Below, one piece after another: positions 59,193 through 64,000 of a stretch of DNA of 64,000 nt. Origin of the DNA: Sedimentisphaerales bacterium (GTDB taxonomy: Bacteria > Planctomycetota > Phycisphaerae > Sedimentisphaerales > Anaerobacaceae); contig OY970194.1 of NCBI GenBank assembly GCA_963708075.1, positions 2,752,001 to 2,816,000 on the forward strand. The letters run 5' to 3'. Position 1 is the first letter of the stretch; each line of letters starts with the position of its first letter. A model generated the notes under the pieces. It did not search any database and was not told the origin of the DNA. It saw nothing but the letters and a program-made list of their open reading frames with translations. Made by a program: the position numbers and the translations under genes.

Positions 59193-62100
59193 TTAGAACG
59201 ATGGGCGAGGCGCCAGGCTCGCCTCGGCTGTGCCACCATAGACGCCTATGTTGATCCGCAGATTGGGGCCTGAGCGGTCCCACAGAGGACTTCCCTCTTC
59301 GCTCTTGGGTTCTTGGTCGAACGACAGGCTTGGATCGCCCATATCGATGCACGGACTGGTCACTTGATACGAGGTCCAGATCCCCTGGGTCACATCCCAT
59401 GTCCAGCCCTTGCTCTTGAGATGATAGTCGCCGGGAATCCATTTGACCCCGGGGTCGCCCGGATTGGGAGCGGCGGTCCTGTTGGCAGGATTGGCCCAGT
59501 GGCCGGAGGCCACGAAAAGCGGATCGGCGTCGATGTTGCTGTCGCCGGGCCAGCCGCCCTGGATATCGCTGTACGTCAGAACAGAGGTCGCGTCAACCTT
59601 GAGATTCTGGCCGCCCGCATTGTTGAAGTAGATGATGGAGCTGTTGGCGTTCAACAACATGCCGTTGACGCCGTAGCCGAGATTCTCAGCGATGGTGCAG
59701 TTCTGCATCGTGGGCCTGCCGCCCCAGATGCCGTCCTTGCGATTGCCGGCGATCAGACAGTTCTGAAGCGTCGCCCGGTTGACGCGGGTGAATCTGCCGC
59801 CGCGCTGCTCCCACATCTCCACTCCTGTACCGTTGCCTGTGATCTCGCTGCGCATGATCGTGGGAGTCGCCTGGTCCCAGAGCTTGATGCCCGCGCAGGT
59901 GTTGTTGACGATCGCGCAATTGGAAATCATGGGCGAGGAGGCTCCGCAATAGACACCGAAGCTTCCGCCGGAGACGGTGAAGCCGGAGAGCACGGAATTG
60001 CTGTCCTCGCCATCCGCAAACGTCACAAGCTGGCCTGAGCCCTCGATAACGGTAGCGGCCCGCACTCGCCGGTCCTGGGGATTGGTCGATGTGACTGTCA
60101 CGTCTTTTCCGCGGAAGATCAGCTTCTCGGGATATGTCCCTTCCTGCGCCACGATCGTGTCGCCGGCTGCCGCCGCATCGACGGCGTGCTGGATGTAGTC
60201 ATAGGATGTCCCCGTGCCCAGGTTCTGAACGGGACCATCGGCCACCTCGTAGGCAAACTCCAGGGAAAGGCTCTGGATACGCTCCCACTGCGGCCAGGCA
60301 ATCGTTGTGCCGTCAATCGTCGGCCCGGTGCCGTAGTACCACGAATAGTCCTCCCCCTCAAGCGGCGGCAGCACAAAGGGCACGATACCGTACTCTCGGG
60401 AAATGGAGCAGGCGTAGATCTCGCCGCCCGACTCGCTGCCAACGCTGAAGACGATCAGGGTTCCATCGATGTCCGGCTGCAACTGCCAGCCTGGCCCGGC
60501 GAAGACCTTGAACTCGCGAATCGCCTCAGGATTGGAGATGTCCGCGCCGTAGATATCGCCTATATCATCCCGTTCATCCGTCCACACAACCGTGCGGCCG
60601 GAGATCGCCGGGTCGTATTGTCGCTCCGGCGCGGTGCAGATTGGGAACGTCTTGATGTGATCCAGGTCAGAGATGTCCGCTCCAAGAATGTCGCCACTGC
60701 TCTCCCACACGACGATGTTGCCTGAGATGTCGAGCATATCCGTACGGGCGTTGTCGAAGTTACTATAGGGGTATGGGGGACAGCGTCCGGCCTGCTCGGC
60801 GATGGTGAAGTAAACCGGCTTGGCAGGATTCGTAACATCTGCCCCGCAGATGTCGTAGGGCGTCAGATCGTACCGGGTGTAGTCTCGCGTGTTTACGTTA
60901 TGATGTTCCAGCCACACGACCTTGTTGCCGGAAATGTTCGGATAGCCGAACGATTCAGTCGCGGTGCCCATACGCAGGTACTGCGGCTGCCCGCCGGCCA
61001 GGTCGACCAGGAACACGCTGGTGCAGACGGGCTCCCAATCGGCGCTGGGGCCACCCGACCAGACGATCAGGTTGCCGTCTATCTTCGGCATGGTGTCGAT
61101 TCCGCCGCCCTCGAATTCATCGAACTTGCCGGTCCTCGTGTCCTTGCAGTGGATCGCCCAGGAGCTGGCCTGCCAGTCCCCCGTCGCGTAGACGATCCTC
61201 GTCCCCGAGACGACAGGATAGAAGAAAGATCCCTGCTGGTAGTCCGTCATCATGACTGGCCTGGCGCTGAGTGTAAATGAGGAAGCCTGGAGCTTCACGG
61301 TGTCAGGCTCACTGGAGACGAACCCATCGCTGACCACGAGCTGAAATTCGTAAATGCCCGGTCTGTGGCATTCGAAATAGGGAGTCGCGGAATGAGCGTT
61401 CCGGAGCATCACATCAGGTCCGTCGATCTGGGTCCAGGTGTAGACAAGCTGATCCGGCGGATCGGCGTCACGCGATGCAGAGCCATCCAGGTCGATGCGC
61501 GCCGGAATGGCCAGCAACGAGTCCGGTCCCGCATTGGCGACAGGAGGCACGTTGCCAACGATGACGAGAACCTCATCCGGGTTACTGGTGTATTGGCCGT
61601 CGCCGACGATCAACTGGAACCTGTACCAGCCTTGGGCAGGCGGTGTAAACACCGATTGGGTAACTGTGGCATCACTGAGCTCTACGGCAGTCCCCTCTTT
61701 CTGCGTCCACTGGAAGGTCCTGGCGCCGTTCGGATCGGAGAAGTAACTGTTCCCGCCGTCCAGCGTGATCGGTTCGGGAGCCAGCACGTGCTGGTCTGCG
61801 CCGGCATCGGCTAACGGCTTGACGTACCCGATGTACTCATCCGCGCCGACGTCCACCCGCATGGCGAATACACGAGGGTCCCGGTCGATATCCTGAGCGC
61901 CCGAGGCAGGAATGGCCGTCGGGTCACCCGCGCTGATACAAGGCGAGCCGGGGCTGATCCGATAGTTGTTGTTCCATACATCCACGAAAAGCGGATCCTC
62001 GGAGATATTGCCAAACAGCCCCGTCCAATCGACGTTCTCACCAAAGGTCAGCTCGCGGGTGCGAGGGTCTTGCGACCCGTAGTTGCCCGGTGCATTGTTC

Positions 62101-62972
62101 CAGATGTTATTGAAGCGAATCAGGTCCGTGCGAGGTCTTGTGTCGTAGAACAGACCGCCTCCGGACTCCGCCCCGCAGATGACGTTGTTGGCGACAACCA
62201 GGTCATCGTAGTAGCCAAAGCCGGCGTAGACGTTGCCGCCATAGCCGTAGTCGGGGTCATTGCTGCAGTCGTTGGCAACAATCGTGTTGTTCACCAGGTA
62301 GCCCGCGCCAATATACACGCCGCCGCCATCACCTGCCGAGTTGTGATAGATGATGTTGTTGGCAACAGTGCCCCGGCCTACGTAGATACCCCCGCCGTAG
62401 TATGCCGAGTTGTTGTAGATCACATTGTGCGTGATCGTGGGATTCGAGCTCTCGCAGGCAATGGCGCCACCACGAGTCGTTTCGTAATACCACTGGTTTC
62501 CTCTCTGCTCATCGACGTACGGCCCATGGTTGTTCCTGATCACGTTGCGAGTGATCGTCGGCGAACCCCAGGCGCAGTAGATACCGGCGCCGTAGAAGTA
62601 CTTATCATACTCGCCGGACCACTCGGCCAGCGTACCGACGCCTCCAGTGATGGTAAAACCGGTCAGGACGGCCTTCGAGCTCTCACCGTTCTCGAACGTG
62701 ACCACGGTCCCATCCTCGTCCGCATTGATGATCGTGTAACCCACGATCTTGGGGTTGTTCGGATCCGTGCTGGTCAGGACAATATCCTTGCCGCTGAAGT
62801 TGATGGTCTCATAATACACGCCTGGCGAGACAATCACCGTGTCCCCGTCGTTGCAGTCGCTGATTGCCTGCTGGATTGATGGATACTCGGCGGGAACCAG
62901 CCGGATGGCTGCATGTGACGTCGCCCCCAGTAGAACCGCCACGACAAGACTCAAAAACCGCACCTTCCTCAT
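59193..62972 (-). CDS. Large secreted protein: beta-helix + PKD/REJ-like repeats + beta-propeller-like repeats + beta-helix
   Basis: Signal peptide; YPSIQQAI..GDTVIV.PG.Y.E; P.A.AG.D repeats; P.ISG..VVW repeats; SPCID.GDP..RINIG.YGGT. Confidence 0.85.
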   Translation of the reverse strand: MRKVRFLSLVVAVLLGATSHAAIRLVPAEYPSIQQAISDCNDGDTVIVSPGVYYETINFSGKDIVLTSTDPNNPKIVGYTIINADEDGTVVTFENGESSKAVLTGFTITGGVGTLAEWSGEYDKYFYGAGIYCAWGSPTITRNVIRNNHGPYVDEQRGNQWYYETTRGGAIACESSNPTITHNVIYNNSAYYGGGIYVGRGTVANNIIYHNSAGDGGGVYIGAGYLVNNTIVANDCSNDPDYGYGGNVYAGFGYYDDLVVANNVICGAESGGGLFYDTRPRTDLIRFNNIWNNAPGNYGSQDPRTRELTFGENVDWTGLFGNISEDPLFVDVWNNNYRISPGSPCISAGDPTAIPASGAQDIDRDPRVFAMRVDVGADEYIGYVKPLADAGADQHVLAPEPITLDGGNSYFSDPNGARTFQWTQKEGTAVELSDATVTQSVFTPPAQGWYRFQLIVGDGQYTSNPDEVLVIVGNVPPVANAGPDSLLAIPARIDLDGSASRDADPPDQLVYTWTQIDGPDVMLRNAHSATPYFECHRPGIYEFQLVVSDGFVSSEPDTVKLQASSFTLSARPVMMTDYQQGSFFYPVVSGTRIVYATGDWQASSWAIHCKDTRTGKFDEFEGGGIDTMPKIDGNLIVWSGGPSADWEPVCTSVFLVDLAGGQPQYLRMGTATESFGYPNISGNKVVWLEHHNVNTRDYTRYDLTPYDICGADVTNPAKPVYFTIAEQAGRCPPYPYSNFDNARTDMLDISGNIVVWESSGDILGADISDLDHIKTFPICTAPERQYDPAISGRTVVWTDERDDIGDIYGADISNPEAIREFKVFAGPGWQLQPDIDGTLIVFSVGSESGGEIYACSISREYGIVPFVLPPLEGEDYSWYYGTGPTIDGTTIAWPQWERIQSLSLEFAYEVADGPVQNLGTGTSYDYIQHAVDAAAAGDTIVAQEGTYPEKLIFRGKDVTVTSTNPQDRRVRAATVIEGSGQLVTFADGEDSNSVLSGFTVSGGSFGVYCGASSPMISNCAIVNNTCAGIKLWDQATPTIMRSEITGNGTGVEMWEQRGGRFTRVNRATLQNCLIAGNRKDGIWGGRPTMQNCTIAENLGYGVNGMLLNANSSIIYFNNAGGQNLKVDATSVLTYSDIQGGWPGDSNIDADPLFVASGHWANPANRTAAPNPGDPGVKWIPGDYHLKSKGWTWDVTQGIWTSYQVTSPCIDMGDPSLSFDQEPKSEEGSPLWDRSGPNLRINIGVYGGTAEASLAPRPSF

Positions 62973-63762
62973 GGCTTACCCTTTCCTCGCTGGTTCATCC
63001 AACCGCACGTGACGCCGGTCCGCACCAATCAATGCCGCTATTCAGGACCCGCACAAAGATAACCTGGGCAATTGTAACTTGTTTGTCCGCAGACTTCCAG
63101 GGGATATCGGCATTCTAACGTTCAGGACCAAGATCAGAAGGGGCGGCGAAGATGCTGTTGGCGATCGTGGGTTTGGTGTCGCCTGCGAGTTCCATACCGA
63201 CGCCGAGATTCCATAGGGTATGGCGGTTGGAAACTGTGGGTGAAGAACCGGAGCAGTGGGTGCCCCTTCCCACGCCGGCGATGGGGGTGCCGACGCAGAA
63301 ATGGTTCGCATCTTCGCCGCCAGCTATTTGGCTCAACGCTGCAGGTTCATCGGGAACGACTGCAGCCATAACTCGTTAATCCTCCACATTTTTCGGTCGG
63401 ACCATCCCGCGCCGACCTGTCACAGCACTAGTCCCGTCATTCTCAAGACCCCTAAGGGTCATATTCTCGAATAGACAGTCGCAGCTCTCTGTCGCTTTTC
63501 CTCAAGGTGCTGATCTATCTGCAACGACGCCCACGATGCTGGCTTTCCATACTATAAGACGCTGGACAAGGTGGATTGTTACAGACTTTCGTGTATTTTT
63601 TCTGATGGGTCTGTCACCCGGCAAGCATGCGGAGGATGTTGGGCGTTTCTGAGTTGAAAGTGAGGAGGAAATCACGATAATTGCGGCGGTCGATTGCAGA
63701 GCCCGTGATGGGCGGCTGCAAGAAGCATGAACGACGGGGGCCGAGTTCGAAAGGATACAAGC

Positions 63763-64000
63763 ATGCGAAGACAGGCGCGAGTGTTGCCAATCGTTCTACT
63801 CTGCTGTTCGCTTATTTCACCGTCCGGTTGCTCCAGGCCGGCGGCGAGACAGGCAAGCACGGGGGCGGATGACGCCGCCCGGCAGACCACGGACAAGTTC
63901 GTACGGGAACCGTCGCGGCAGATACCGATCCTCTATGATGTCGATGTCGTCGTGGTGGGCGGGACTTCGGGGGCCGTGGCGGCGGCAGTCGCGGCGGCCA
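63763..64000 (+). CDS. FAD-dependent oxidoreductase, 5' part only (runs off the window)
   Basis: MRRQARVLPIVLLCCSLI...RQIPILYDVDVVVVGGTSGAVAAAVAAA; AAGGA RBS. Confidence 0.8.
   Translation, partial: MRRQARVLPIVLLCCSLISPSGCSRPAARQASTGADDAARQTTDKFVREPSRQIPILYDVDVVVVGGTSGAVAAAVAAA

Noticed and set aside
63042..63474. Short ORFs upstream of the large secreted gene
   Set aside because: No recognisable motif or consistent coding signal.

Overview
GC-rich bacterial chromosomal window. Gene content suggests a planctomycete of class Phycisphaerae (Sedimentisphaerales-like); this is an inference from the prepilin/H-X9-DG-type protein, HZS-alpha-like heme protein, Tat sugar oxidoreductases, ECF/anti-sigma pairs and LamG/dockerin-like modules. 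About 55 CDS are present, mostly housekeeping, envelope or carbohydrate-catabolic. I saw no rRNA, tRNA, cas gene, integrase or transposase. Five genes are split by single-base frameshifts, probably consensus errors. The unusual part is an accessory locus at about 28.35-32.55 kb with three components: (i) ten 18-bp direct repeats (AATTGGCTTTGTTTCGCA) whose spacers are largely pieces of other short-repeat families, one spacer holding a 9-7-9 recombinase-core-like dyad; (ii) four diverged tandem paralogs of an unknown membrane-anchored protein, each with its own identically spaced sigma70-type promoter; (iii) a 700-bp mosaic of palindromic and tandem repeat families. Other notable items: heptamer inverted-repeat elements whose 7-bp period builds -35/-10 promoters for divergent gene pairs, a GxxExxY nuclease gene bracketed by 30-bp inverted repeats, and a 48-bp in-frame segment shared by two unrelated genes 10 kb apart. 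All annotation is by eye from motifs; no database searches were run.
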